Source of the DNA: Octopus bimaculoides
Lineage: Eukaryota
Assembly (NCBI RefSeq): GCF_001194135.2
Contig: NC_068996.1
Span: 35,789,236 to 35,853,235 of the forward strand
Direction of reading: 5' to 3'
DNA: 64,000 nt
Below the pieces are notes generated by a model. It saw only the letters and a list, made by a program, of their open reading frames with translations. It did no database searches and was not told the DNA's origin. Positions 13,232-27,232 of the stretch are shown in pieces. Made by a program: the position numbers and the translations under genes. Within the stretch, counting starts at the first letter, position 1. Each line of letters opens with the position of its first letter.

Positions 13232-13804
13232 GTAAGTTTTCACATTCTTTCTTGATGTAGAAAATTATTTTCATGTCATCATAAATTAAGAAAACCAAAA
13301 GCTTATTAATTACAAAAAAAATAATTATAATGCATTTTGAAGTGAGTTATTAATTGTACAGGTATTTTGTTGCTATTAAGATGATAGGCTGGCAGGATCG
13401 TTAGCACACTGGAAAAAATGCTTAGCAGCATTTCTTCTTGGTTTTACATTCTGGGTTCAAATTCCTCTGAGGTTGACTTTGCTTATCATCCTTTTGGGAT
13501 CAATAAAATAAGTGTCAGTTGAACACTGGAGTTGATGAGCTCCTGCCACCAAATTTTGGACCTTGTGCCTAAAGTGAAAAGGATTGAGTTGGCAGAATTG
13601 TTAGTATGTTAAGCAAAATGCTTAGCAGCATTTCATCTCTCTTTACGTTCTGAGTTCAGATTCTGCCAGGGTCTACTTTGCCTTTTATCCCTTTGGGGTT
13701 GATTAAATAAGTACCAGTTGAACATTGGGGTTGATGTAATTGATCTACCCCTCCCCAAAATTGCTGGCCTTGAGCCAAAATTTGAAACCATTATTATTAT
13801 TATT

Positions 13805-15084
13805 TTCTGATTGATTTGCATTTTATTTCATCTTCTGACCTGATCTCAACCAGTGGCCTAAGACATTAGATAGAGAGAAGCTTCCTGAGAATGTGGACGG
13901 TTGATATCAACACAATTTTTTGAGTTGCATAGATTGTTGGTTTCACAGAGATCTGGTCAAAAAACTTGTCAGTACCTTTCTTGATCCTTCCAGGGCACCT
14001 ATAACAACAGGGATGGTTTTGGTTTTTAATTGCCACATCCTAGATATCTCAATCTCAAAGTCCTTATTTCGACAGTTTTTCAAATTCCTTTGCTGGGATA
14101 TTTCTAGCAGGCATGTTTTTTGTCTTAGGTCTTTGATGATGATATGTGGTCTGTTAGCATTTATTTTCCTGTCTGTATATGTCTCATAATCCCATAGGAT
14201 GGTAACATTCTCTCCCTCAGTGACTGGCTCTGGATGGTGTTCATACCAGTTCTTAGGGTATGGGATATCATAGTGACAGCATATTCCCCAGTGCTAGTAT
14301 TGGCCAACTCAATCATCCCTGGTTTATATTCTGTAAGAGCAAGGACTGAGTAACTGGCAACAATGTGGTCAATACTCTTAAGTTTGTCATTGGAGAGTCT
14401 ACACTTTTGTGTTTACCTCATTGTGTGTGACATTAGCTTGATAGTTTTGGGTGAGGAGACTCTGATCTTGTGCTGCTAGGATAAATCCTTCTGTTTCAAC
14501 TTTCAAACCAACATTCTGCAGCCACTGATAGGTTCTTCTTATATCTACACTAGCTTCCCCAGCTCATTTAGGGTATTGCCCATGCAATGGTTTTTCTAGC
14601 CACAGTCTTGATAGTTCCTTCAGGCTTTCTTGTTTGGCTTTTGTTTTACACTTTTTTGCTGCCTTAGTGGGTGGTATGTCCTTATCATCATCATAATCAA
14701 AGAGGTTAAGCTCTTGCCTGTATTTAGATGCCTCTTTCGAGATTGAATGCAGTTTCCTACTCTTTTCATGTTGCCTTACCGTCTCTATCATCCAGTCACT
14801 GTTACTTTGGATGTGCACTTGCAGTTCTATTGTGGTTGTTTTGTAGGATGTTTTAAGCTGGATTAAGCCTTCCCTGCCTTCCTTTCGTGGGAGATAGAAT
14901 TTGTGGACATCTGATTTTGGGTGGTGTATCTTGTTTAGTATCAGCAGTTTACTGATCTTTATGTCCATCTGCTGGAGATCATTCAGATTCCAGTTGATGA
15001 CATTAAGTCTATAGACAACTGGTACCGCCAGGGAGTGCAATTTTATCCTGAGAGTTCAGTTCATATATTCAGGACCATCCTGAC
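13805..15084 (-). mobile_element. 5'-truncated R4/Dong-type non-LTR retrotransposon (REL endonuclease class), copy 1
   Basis: ORF 14564-15040 has HHPKSDVHKFYLPRKEGREGLIQL...KPLHGQYP; decayed C-terminus ...MWQLKTKTIPVVIGAL; (ATT)n tracts on both sides. Confidence 0.85.
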
Positions 15085-15320
15085 ATTATTATTCTTTTTT
15101 ACTCTAGGCACAAGGCCCTAAATTTTGGGGGAGGGTGCCAATCGATTAGATCAACCCCAATACACAACTGGTACTTAATTTATCAACCCCGAAAGGATGA
15201 AAGGCAAAGACGACCTCGGCGGAATTTGAACTCAGAATGTAGCGGCAGATGAAATACTGCTAAGCATTTCGCCCAGCATGCTAACGTTTCTGCCAGCTCA
15301 CTGCTTTATTATTATTATTT

Positions 15321-15530
15321 TACTTCTCAGAGCTCTCGATCTCACTTTTCCTAGGTAATTTTGTGAGATCAGACCACATCCTGTTGTCAAAGATCTCACA
15401 GGGTCTCTCAGGGTCTTATTTCACGAATTATAAGACTTGGTACCTAGATGTTAAGTATTGTGGAAGATACTTAACATCCAAGTATCAATTTCAAAATCCT
15501 TGCCGTCCCCAATAGAACAGTTTTGGGGGA
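15321..15530 (-). mobile_element. Very short 3' fragment of an R4/Dong-type LINE
   Basis: Minus strand reads KTVLLGTARILKLILGC*, the typical REL-LINE C-terminus, then a 3'UTR ending in an (AAT)n tract at ~15306-15320. Confidence 0.6.
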
Positions 15531-16326
15531 TAGCTCTGCTGCTGCTGCTGTTGTTGCTGTTATTTCTGATTTTGGCATAAGGCCAACAATTTTGAGGGAG
15601 TGGGTTAGTTGATGCCATTGATCCTAGTACTTGACTGATACTTTATTTTTATCAACCACCTGGGTTGATATGAAAGGCAAAATTAACCTTGGTGGAATTT
15701 AAACTCAGAAAGTAAAGAAATGGAAGAAATACTTCAAAGCATTTTGTCCAACACTGAGGATTCGCTAACTTATCGCTTGAATAACAACAGTTTCTAATGA
15801 ACATTAATTTTTAGATAGAGTATATATTTTGGGAGAGAGTATTGTTAATAAAATCTAAACCTTAATGTATGATTGGTACTTATTTTGTCAACCTTGGAAG
15901 CATGAAAGACAAAGTTAACTTTGGCAGGATTTGAACTCAGAATATATTGGAATACAACCAAATACCTCAGATCAAGATAATCCATATTCCTACATATTTA
16001 TCATTCTTATGGGAATGTAGTCAATAAAATAAAGTTCCAGCAAAGTACTGAAATCAATTTAATCTACTAACCCCTCTTATCTCTAACTTCTGGTTTTGTG
16101 CCTCATTAAGAAATTATTATTATTGTTATTATTATTAATAGCGTGGTGGATGGCAGAGCCATTAGTGGCAGTCAAAGATGGTTTTCATTTATTTACAGTT
16201 CTTTATGATCTAAGTTCAAATCTCACCTTGTTTAGCTTTTCTTCTCACCCTTCCAGACTTGATATATTCCAGTTAAGTATTGGAGTTGACTTACTCAACT
16301 AACCCTTGTCCCTCAGATTTGTAGCC

Positions 16327-16361
<35 letters not shown>

Positions 16362-17365
16362 GCTTTTAATCTGCATGTTTACAATCACTCACCAAGACAT
16401 ACCCAGCATCCTAGGGCGAGTGAAGGATAAGAGATGTTGCAGTATGACTGAAAGCTTGGGGAGGGGATGTGGCAGGGGTAGTAGCAAAATATTTTCATGT
16501 AATACAACACAGACATTTAAATTGATAGGGTTTTTCTTAGGATGTAGGCAGTACTTGTCAGCACAATCTTTTATATTTCTCTGAAACATGGTTCTCCTGG
16601 GATGTTATCTTGATGTTTCTGACATCCCTTCCTTATATCTAAGGCAGCCACAATAACAGGAACAGTTCTCTCTTTAAGATGCCACATCTTTTGTATTTCA
16701 ATTTCCAGGTCCTTATATTTACTTAATTTGGGAACACTTACATCTATTAGTCTACAAGTATTTTCTTCCATGTCTTTAATGACTATGTCTGGTTGATTAA
16801 CATGGATCGTTCTGTTGGTGTTGACTGGAAAATCTGAGAATACTGACATTTCAGCGACTGGCTCAGGATGATGTTCATACCAGTAAGTGGGAGTGCTGAT
16901 TTTGTGGTGTTTACATATTTTCCAATGTAAATACTGTCCTACCCTTTCATGGTGACTTTTGTATTCGTTTGGTGTCAGCACAGGACATTGCGAGATGAGA
17001 TGGTCTATCGTTTCATCAAATTTATTGCAGAATCTGCATTTAGGGTTAGAACTGTTTTGAAGAATATTAGCCTGGTAGTTTTTGGTAAGCAAGCTTTGAT
17101 CTTGTGCCACCAATATGAAACCTTCACTCTCTGCTTTCAGTCCTGAGCTTCTCAGTCACTGATGGGTTGTTGCTTGGTCTACATCAGCATTTCAGCTTCA
17201 AAGTATATATATATACTGTCCATGCAAAGGCTTCAGTTTGTTTCTGCTTGTCCTTTTTTGCAATCTGTTTGATCCATTTTGCTTTTTTCGTGGAAGTGCT
17301 TTCAGGTTCTTCATCTAATTCAGGATTAATGCCAAGTTCCCTTGTGAATTTGCAAGCTTCTTTGA

Positions 17366-17366
<1 letters not shown>
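16362..17366 (-). mobile_element. 5'-truncated R4/Dong-type LINE, copy 2 (CCHC zinc knuckle plus REL endonuclease)
   Basis: ORF 16571-17113: CRFCNKFDETIDHLISQC...HHERVGQYLHW...NQPDIVIKD...LIDVSVP; long (ATT)n tracts at 16327-16361 and 17367-17406. Confidence 0.9.
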
Positions 17367-17407
<41 letters not shown>

Positions 17408-17580
17408 AATGCTTTATGCCATTTCTTCCATCTCTGTGTTCTGATTTCAAATGCTACTGCTATCGACTTTGCATTTCATCCTTTTGGTGGTCAATACAAT
17501 AAGAGTTGAGCATTGGGATTGATGTGCTCAACTAGCCCTCTTCCCCAAAATTTCAGGCCTTGTGCCTATAGTAGAAAGGA

Positions 17581-17635
<55 letters not shown>

Positions 17636-17876
17636 GGTGATGAGCTGGCAGAATCGTTAGCACACCGGGTGAAATGCTTTGTGGCATTTTGTTTGCCTTC
17701 ACATTCTGTGTTCAAATGCCGTTGGGGTCAACTTTGCCTTTCGTCCTTTCGGGGTCAATTAATTAAGTACCAGTTGAGCACTGGGGTTGATGTACTCAAC
17801 TCATTCCCCTCCCCCAAAATTGCTGCCCCTGTGGAAAAATTTGAAACTATTATTATTATTATTATCGTTAATAATA

Positions 17877-17914
<38 letters not shown>

Positions 17915-18019
17915 AATAATAATAATAATGATAATGCAGGAAAGTCACAGATTATCTTACTTTGATATTTGTTTGTGCCATATACATACATAGCATACTA
18001 TCATTCATTTTGAGTAGGT

Positions 18020-18950
18020 AGCTCGGACCAAAACCCCCTTTTGTTGCCAAGCATTTTTGAGGTCTTCTATTTGTAACTCAATGTCACAAGAAAGTCGATC
18101 AATGTACATCATTCTGAGTCACCTGATATGAGAATTTCCATGGCTCTAAATCCACAGATGGATCTCTGATACTAATCTATCTTTGCTTCAATAGCAGTGA
18201 CCATTATATCTTGTCCTCTGCTCTTGAATGATTGCTAATGGGTTGGGAATATTTCCATAAAGTGCTTTTTTTGTTGGATGATGTTTCCATGATTTGCTGA
18301 GAACAATCATGCAACATACATGTGTATGCCTCATCAAGTTTGATTTCTATTGTTTTTGTTTTTTTTTGTCAGTCTATGCAGATGAACTGTAAAGAAGAAC
18401 TGGTTCTGCTATGACTCTGAAGAATTTTCTTTTCATTCAGCCAGGGAATTCTTCATTGCATGGCTAACTATAGTTTGCTGTAGTAGGGTGAATGTGAAAG
18501 AGAGAAAAAGAGACCAGAATATGTGCTCTTCCAATCTACTGAAAGATTCTTCTAATTATGAAATGTAATTTAAATTATTTGGCCATCTGACAAAAATTTG
18601 GTGGAAGAACCAAGGAAGTTTGTTATATATTAACCCACTTCATATGTATTTTTGATAATCTAGTGCAGGGTTCTTTACTTCTCTGGTTAATTTAAGCTCT
18701 TGTTGTTACAACCAATTCTTCATGTGTTTTCTGGTGTTATGAAGAATATTGTAGGCATTGAGGTTCATATTATTTATTGTCTCATATTACTAACTGTGAT
18801 GGATCAAGGAGTTGGTGGAGGCTCATGATCTATCTGTGTTTGTATTGTCCTTTGCACAGATCATTGATCTATGACATCCAGGAAATGTTGCACCAGAGAA
18901 TCTTTTAAATCTATCTTCAAATGTTTGAGTTCTGAACCCTTTTAGAATTC
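18020..18950 (-). mobile_element. Old RTE-clade LINE 3' remnant
   Basis: Manual minus-strand translation gives ALYGNIPNPLAIIQEQRTRYNGHCY*SKDRLV..., EPVLLYSS and KLDEAYTCML, resembling RTE ORF2 C-terminal motifs. Confidence 0.65.
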
Positions 18951-20429
18951 ATTAAATTAGTGTAGGCCTTTCAGTACCACTTTGATATAACAAAGAAATC
19001 TTGTAGAAATTTGAGGAGCTCTGCCCAACTATTGGCTCTTTCTTTGAAGATAAAGTTTGTTACTAACTCCATGGTTGTTTCAGTTCTATATCTAATGAAG
19101 ATGTGAAATAACAAAGTGGATAAACAATTGAACTGTGCACTTTACATCATTGGTTCAAAATTACTGTTAATGTTTTATTTCTAGACAGAACACTATATTC
19201 TACATTGCTGCAGTTTACTTGGCTGTCAGTATGAAGAGAGACTTGAACCAGAAAAACAAACAATACTAGATAACATGAGAATGTTACCCGAAAACGATCT
19301 ATCACCCATCTAGGGAATTATTTAGCATATATCAATTTCACATTTTGAAATCAGAGCCAAATACTGACTTATAAAAGACTTTTAGGTCATCAGAGATATT
19401 TATGTTTGTATATAATGGTACAGCATTGTTGTTAATATGCCAGCGAGTAGAGACATATTACAATGCGATATATGGCAATATGGCATTAATCTTCATGCTG
19501 TGTGTCTCTGTCTTGGGAAATATTTTTGTAATTTTTCCTGTTATGTCAAACCAAGCTTGTTTGCTGTTGTCTAACTTATTTAATATTAGCATGTTAACAT
19601 CTGGTTCTTTTAGAGAAGGTCCTTAGTATCTGATATACTCTTTTAATTCGTTTGGTACCAATCCAACTGAAACTACACCTGGGGATATGACACAAACTTC
19701 ACATTTTAAATGAATCTAAAATAATTAAAAAAAAAAAACCTTCCATCAAAATTTTAATTTATGTTCCAGTCACTAACTTCATGACAAAGTTTAGCAAATT
19801 CCTCATTAATTTCAAAATTAATTGAAACAAAAGCAGCATATTTTAAAAGAAATATGGTAACAGAAAGGGTAATGTTATAATTCTTTCATGTTACAATGCT
19901 TATACTTATGTCATATTAATCACACTTATGGAATTCTCTACAGTACTCAGTTGTTAATGTTGTAATATTAAAAATATTTATTTTAATTTTTGATATTTAT
20001 TAACCACCCTCCCTGTCAAAAAAAAAAAAAAAAAGAGGAGAAAAGATAGTTGAAATATATTAAGATTCCTTTCATATTTTGTGTCGCACTATCCCCACCT
20101 CCATCACCAACAAAATACCATGCTTAGTTACAGCACCACCAGCACCAGCAGCAGCACCACCACCACCACCACCACTTCTTATGCTTCTTCATCACTACTA
20201 CCTTTGTCACCACCACCACCATCATAATCATCATCTTCCATCATCACACCATCAATCATCTTTGAGTAGAGCCTGCAAAGATTTTTATCAATACTGTCAC
20301 ACCCATTACTGTGTCTGGTACTTTTAAGTCTATGGTCGGTCTTGTGAGAGGAGGAGAAGGGCAAACTTGATCTTGGTGTCAAAGGATGTAAGTCAAGCGG
20401 CAGTTCAGTGCACTGGTTTTGTTTGACCA

Positions 20430-20514
<85 letters not shown>

Positions 20515-22204
20515 CACAATGATGGGTTTACACACAACCTTTATTACTTACCAAACTTCATTTAAATGTCTTCTTCAAAATGCCACACAGAACCCTGTGA
20601 TTGCAAAATATTTATCAACCATGAAGCCATGCTCCCCACTCTGCAATATCAATTTGACTTTGATAGAAAAGATAAACAGACCCACTGCTTCAAATTAGTT
20701 TATAAGATCTAATATCATATAAAATAAACGTTAATTAATTGTTTGATTCATCACAAACATCAAACAATGGCAGGGTGGTCTTTTACTTTGTCGGTATCAC
20801 CTACCTGGGTGGATTATCTTGTGAAGATAAAATAAACATTTAATTAGCATAATATATAGTATCTTATTTAGAATAGAATGTTGTGTAAGCAGTAAAGCAA
20901 TCACATGGCAGGCTATAAATTTGTGATTTAAGCCCTGTTGATCTTTACTGCACCAGATTCATGTTTATAACATGTTGTTCAACATTTTTATTAATATCAT
21001 TAGCTTAAAAGCCACGCACCATGCAGGCTTTTATTCTAGCTTCTGCGGAGGGCTAATTGGGTCTGCAGCCCAAAACTAAACAGAGCTAAATAGCATGACT
21101 ATAATATGTCAAAAATGACTGGTGGTACCTCTATATACCCCGGTGATATTTGATCAGAGCTTGAGGATGGATGAGAAATAATTCTGAAATGCAATCATTC
21201 TATTGTTCCAGTCTCAAGTTGAATTCCAATTGTTGGTTAATTTGTCCCAAACTTCTTATCTTGGCATAAAATTAACAAAGCAGATGTCATTTATCTCTCC
21301 TTTGATCTCTGACATCATCTGACAAATGTCAACCAAAATGGCATGAATCAGCCATACTTTACCTGCTAGAAATAGCAACCTAAATGCTTTTAAATCAGAT
21401 CCCAATGCTGGATGTTCAAGAACCAAACAAAGGGCAGATTTTCAATACTGGGATCATCCTGATTCCAAAAAGGTATAATATGCCTATGTACAGCAAATGT
21501 TGACTGAGATACAGGGGTCCCAGACACACAGAATTTCGCTTTTATTATCATAGATGATGAAAAAATTGGATAACTGGTGGAATTGTTACCACACCAGACA
21601 AAATACTTTGCTGTATTTTTTTACCAGCTGTATGTTCTGAGTTGGAATTTTCTCAAGGTTGACTTTGCTGTTTATCCTTTAAGGAAACAATAAAATAAAT
21701 ACCAATTAAACGCTGAGGTTGATGTAATTGGCCATAATCCCCCACCCCCCAAAAAAAATTTCAGGCCTTGTGCCTATAGTAGAAAGGATTATTATTATGG
21801 GGAAAAATTTTTCCTGATATCTGGTGTGTGTACGTATGTACATACTGTCCCCTGAGTGCCACCGAGACTCCTTAGATAGATAATGCTCTTAGTACATTGG
21901 GTGATTATATGATGTTGAGAAGTGCTAAGACTTGATAAATTTAATAAAAAAAAAATGACAAAAAACGTGACACAAGTTTTCAATAAAAGTGCCATAAAAC
22001 TAGTACAAGTTTAACCCTTTAGCATTTAAGCTGGTCATATCCAGCCAAAAATAATCTACCAGTTTTATCTTCAGACTGACTAGATCCGGCTTCTCATACT
22101 TACCTAATGATATTATTTTAAAATTAAACAATCACATCGTTGAAATCTCAAAGCTACAAAGTAATGCATGACTAATTTTTATTTATGTGAATAAATAACT
22201 ATTA

Positions 22205-22410
22205 AGTTTGACTGAATACTTATCTGCACAGTGTCCATTAGGGTTATTTTCTGTTTCCTTCTTTGTTTTCAAGCAAGTTTTTCTTGGTATCATGTCTATG
22301 AGTTGGTCTGTTCCTATCTTTATTACTCTGAGTACCCCTATGATAACAGGTACTGTAGTGGCTTTCATCTTCCACGTTTTGGCAATCAGTTTCATTATAG
22401 ACAGGATAAT
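22205..22410 (-). mobile_element. R4/Dong-type LINE C-terminal fragment
   Basis: LIAKTWKMKATTVPVIIGVLRVIKIG, homologous to the C-termini of the copies above. Confidence 0.7.
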
Positions 22411-24746
22411 AATTCTTAGAGATTAGTAGGATAGATTGATTAATAGAGAAAATAAGCACTTAGTAGGAGGGTGAATGAATGTTGCTGCTTCATGAAGCCA
22501 ATGACATATCTGCTGTTAATACTTCACTTTGTAACTTAGTAGTTGTATTTTTCAGTTAGTAATTATCAATTCCATTCATCAGTTTTATAATTAATAACCC
22601 ATGCCAGCATGGACAACATACGTTAAATGATGATGATGATATTATCCTAAGTTATTAGTACAATTTTGCTGTTCATAAATATTAATTAACTTATATAATT
22701 AATGTATCGTCTTAAAACAGTTGATGAAATGGTTACATATATGTAATACCTTGCAGTGTATACTTGTGTATCACTATAGTCTGAGTTCAAATTCTGATTC
22801 AGTTTTACTTTACCCGTTATTCAGTAAGGATCAAGAAAATATGTATTAGTCATATACTAGGATAAATTCAAATGAATATCCATCCCTCTTACTCATTCCT
22901 CACTCACAACTGAATTTGATTTGGTAGTATGTACCATATTTTCACTAATATTCTTTGGTGCCTGTGTTGTCACTAGCAGACATAAAATGGATCAGATATG
23001 AGAGGGTCAAGAGGGTGTCTAACATCAAAAATGTGACAGCTGGAATGAGTGAGGATTTCAGCAGCATTTGGCTGGTACAAATTTTCATCTGAGTAGATTG
23101 GGACAAAGGAGACATGTGACCTGGTCTTGGAATCAAACCCAAGCTTACCCATCACATTTATATAATAATTCTTTATATTATCTGGATCCCATCCGTATTT
23201 GACCTGCCATTTTATCATGTTACCCTACAATCATTGCTACAAAAGAAACAAACTAAATTGTTGTAAAGTAAATAATCTCTCGTCTCTTTTACTGTTTCTT
23301 CATAATCTCTCTACAGATAGTGCCGTTCTGTATTTGATTTTCTTTATTTCTTGGAATTAGAATTGCTACTTATTTTAAAAGAAGCAAAACTGTTTCATTT
23401 CTTCATTGCAATGTTTTGCTGATTGATTTGAAAGTGATGCCAGATTTCATGTGAGCCAAAGTTCTGCCATCAAAGTCTGAAGTTCCAGTTCAAAACTTTA
23501 TAATTATTGACAAAATTAAATCTCTTTAGTTTTGGTTACAGTCTGACAGACAACTTTCAGAAGATTCTGTAAGTGGTAACACAAACAATGCACTCTCTGA
23601 GCTGTTAGTAGGTACTATGGCTAGGTAGAGTTCACTATAAATGATGGGAGCACTATGATTAATCCTTCAACATTTAAATTCGCCACATCTGGCCAAAATA
23701 TTCTGCTTATTTTATGTTCAGATTGGCCACATCTGGCCCCTAACACCTACCCTACAATGTAAAAATAAGCAATCACATCATCCAAATTTTGAAGTTACAA
23801 GATAATGCAGGATCAATTCACAACAATGTGAATATATAAACATTACATATGATAGAGTAATCTGAATGCTAAAGTGCTAATAAATATATTTCATTGGCCT
23901 AGATATACTACATCAATACACAATTTTATGGCTTGCACAAGCTTACTACATCATTACACAATCTGTTTCAATGGTTATGGGTCTCTAGACTATATTCATG
24001 TGGTAATGAAATAGAAACATTGGAAAACTATTGGTAATATAAAGTGCAAGTAACTGTAATTAAAAAGTTATTTATGACTGAAAAGTAAGTCTGTTATCTT
24101 AATAATTCTGTTTAATTCAAACATCAATCTGATGTTCTAGTCTTAAGTTGATATTAGTTTACTGTTTACGCGAAAACATGTCCAGTTACCCCTGACTTTA
24201 AAGTGCCACTGTGTCTTATCCTCCAAGAGGACAACCTTACCAATACTACCAACACATCAAGCCTGCACATAGCTGCTCCACTGATTAGGATAAGGATAAA
24301 GATCCTTTCCGAGTTACCAGTCCATCACAGAATTACTCACTTTTGCCAGCTGAGTGGACTGGAGTAACGTGAAATGAAGTGTTTTGCTCAAGAACACAAC
24401 ATGCCACTTGGTTCAGGAATCGAAACCACAATCTTATGATTGAGTTCAACACCCCAACCACTAAGCCACATACTTCCACATCATCTTAGCTAGTAAACAG
24501 TGTTTTCACAGTTAATAAACAGTATCACCTTAGCCAAAAAAACTATTCTTTTACTTGTTTCAGTCACTTGACTGTGGCCATGTGGGAGCATCGCCTTTAG
24601 TTAAAGAAATCGATCCAAGGACTTATTCTTTGTAAGCCTAGTACTTATTCTATTGGTCTCTTTTTACTGGACTGCTAAGTTACGGGGACATAAACACACC
24701 AACATTGGTTATCAAGCAATGGTGGTGGGACAAACACAGACATACA

Positions 24747-24815
<69 letters not shown>

Positions 24816-26126
24816 GTATATATATATGTATGTATGTATGTATATATGATGGGCTTCTTTCAGTTTCCATCTACCAAATCCTTTCACAAAGCTTTGGTTG
24901 CCCCAAGGTTATAGCAGAAGACACTTGCACAAAGTACCACCCAGTGAGACTGAACCCTGAACCATGTGGTTGAGAAGCAAGCTTCTTACTACACAGCCAT
25001 GTCTGTGCCTAGCTAGTATCGTCATAGCTAGTAAACAGTGTTTTCACAGTTAATAAACAGTATCACCTTAGCTAATAAACAATATCATCATAGCTAATAA
25101 ACAGTATTTTCATAGTTAATAAATAGTATCACCACTGATTAGAAACTGATTGAATCTCATTTAAATTGCTTCTTTAAAAAGGACACATTATACGATGTAT
25201 AAAAGAGGTGGTTTTGACTAGAATACCTGTGCTCATTGGTTTGTTTGATGAGAGCTGACTGGAAACTAAACAAGAAGAAGAGAAATAAAGTGGTCTGCTA
25301 ATTGATTTTTCTTCTAAAGAATTATTCAGATAGGAAGTTTATCAAGGCATCATTTAATCATAGGCTGTCAAGCTGGAGTACCTTAGGATATGAAACTTAT
25401 CAAGACATTAATTAATCAGGTGTACCCTGGATGATCCCTACTCACCCCCTCTCATACATACTAATCTCTTTTTATACATTAACAGCCTTTTTTTATTTTC
25501 CTTCCCCATCACTTCATCTAACATTTCTACCTCAATATATCCTCCTAGAGTTGTACAATGACTTATAAATTAAAACACTGCATGTAAGTTTAATATGCAT
25601 GTGCACATATACACACACGCACCACAATTTCTGTCAGAATTTCTAGCCACAACTGTACAGCTGCTCAATCAACTGGAATGCTGGGTTCATTCAGTTAATG
25701 TATAAGTGACTGAATATTCGTTATAAAAAGCTGTTGTAATCATTTGTTTAATGACAAAAGTTAAGAAAATAAAGAATTAAAGTAATTTACTTACTGTTAA
25801 CTTTTAAGGCAATATTTTCCCTCTGTTACTTTATTTTCTGCTAAAATAGGCCTTATTAAGCCTTAGTTGATTCAGATGTCTTTAGAAAAACAAGCATGAT
25901 GTTATTGTGTCTGGTTGAGCAGTGCATGCATGTGTGTGTGTGTGTGTACCCATGCATCCATCTTCACCTTGATTTGATGCTGTAGGGGTGCTTTCATGAT
26001 ATTTAGTGTACCATGGGTATTCTTAAACATAGTGAAACCTCTCCCCCCCCCCCTCTCCAGATCTAACCACAGCCAATTTCTTGCAGAAGAGAAAGTTAGA
26101 CAAGCAGAGAGAGAGANNNNNNNNNN

Positions 26127-26187
<61 letters not shown>

Positions 26188-27173
26188 AGAATTGGTTTCA
26201 AAGGGATGAAAAAGTTGACCTTGGTAAGATTTGAACTTGGAGCACAGAGAAGTTGAACGATTACCAGAAAGTAATGATTCTCACTCTCTGATGTCTTTGT
26301 CAATTGCTTGTCCACACACACAAGCACACACGTTATTGAGTTTAGATAACTATGTCTTGTTTAATAGTGCATAACCAAATGTGTATGTGTGTGTGTACTT
26401 TAGTGTATAACATATATTTGACATTTATCGAAGCATTGTTGTTCCCTTGTTGCTTGTATGAACTCTGTATCAAAGGATTTGCATCTTTTCAATTGAGTTA
26501 ATGATATCGATAAGAGCTTGAAATACTCTGTCAAATTGGAATTACCATTTCTAGCCTTTGGAACCAGCTTTGACATTTGTTGACATGTAAAAATTCTTTG
26601 ATGTAAATTTCCGGAATTTTTCTTTTTCTTTTTTATTTATTGATTTGTATGTTTTTTAAAACTTATTCTCTGGGTGTGAGAGACTGACTAACTCCAACAT
26701 TATTTCTTTGTTTAAACATGTTAAGTATGAAACGTTCTTCTGATAGACATACTTGACAATGGAATCAGTGGCTTGTCTTCTTTTAGTATTTGTAATTGTT
26801 TCTAAATTCTTAGATATTTCTCTGTAATTTGCACTTTAATCAAAGATTTGAATCAGGTACCACTGCCTGACATTTTAACCAGCAGGTCTCAAGAGACACA
26901 TTTGTGTCCATAGAACATGATTACTGCTTTACTTCACTGAACCCTTATTTGTTGTTCACGGTGAGAGAATCCATCATATATATAATGTCATTAGACTGTG
27001 ACCATGCTGGGGCACCATCTTGAAGAATTTTTACTTTAATGGGTTGACCCCAGTGCTTTTTTTTTTTTTAAAGTTTGGTACTTATTCTATCAGTAACTTT
27101 TGCTGAGCTGCTAAGTTATGTAAACAAACCAACACTGGTCATCAAGCACCAATGGGGGACAAAACACAGGCAT

Positions 27174-27232
<59 letters not shown>

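Noticed and set aside
20329-20387. Candidate extra + strand spastin exon (ttttAAG|...GAT|GTAAGT; VYGRSCERRRRANLILVSKD)
   Set aside because: Phase 1-0 is incompatible with the next two exons and there is no spastin similarity; only RNA data could rescue it.
23317-23360. Candidate alternative last exon after the MIT domain (strong acceptor; DSAVLYLIFFISWN*)
   Set aside because: Supported only by an acceptor-like pyrimidine tract, which is common in this genome; no independent evidence.
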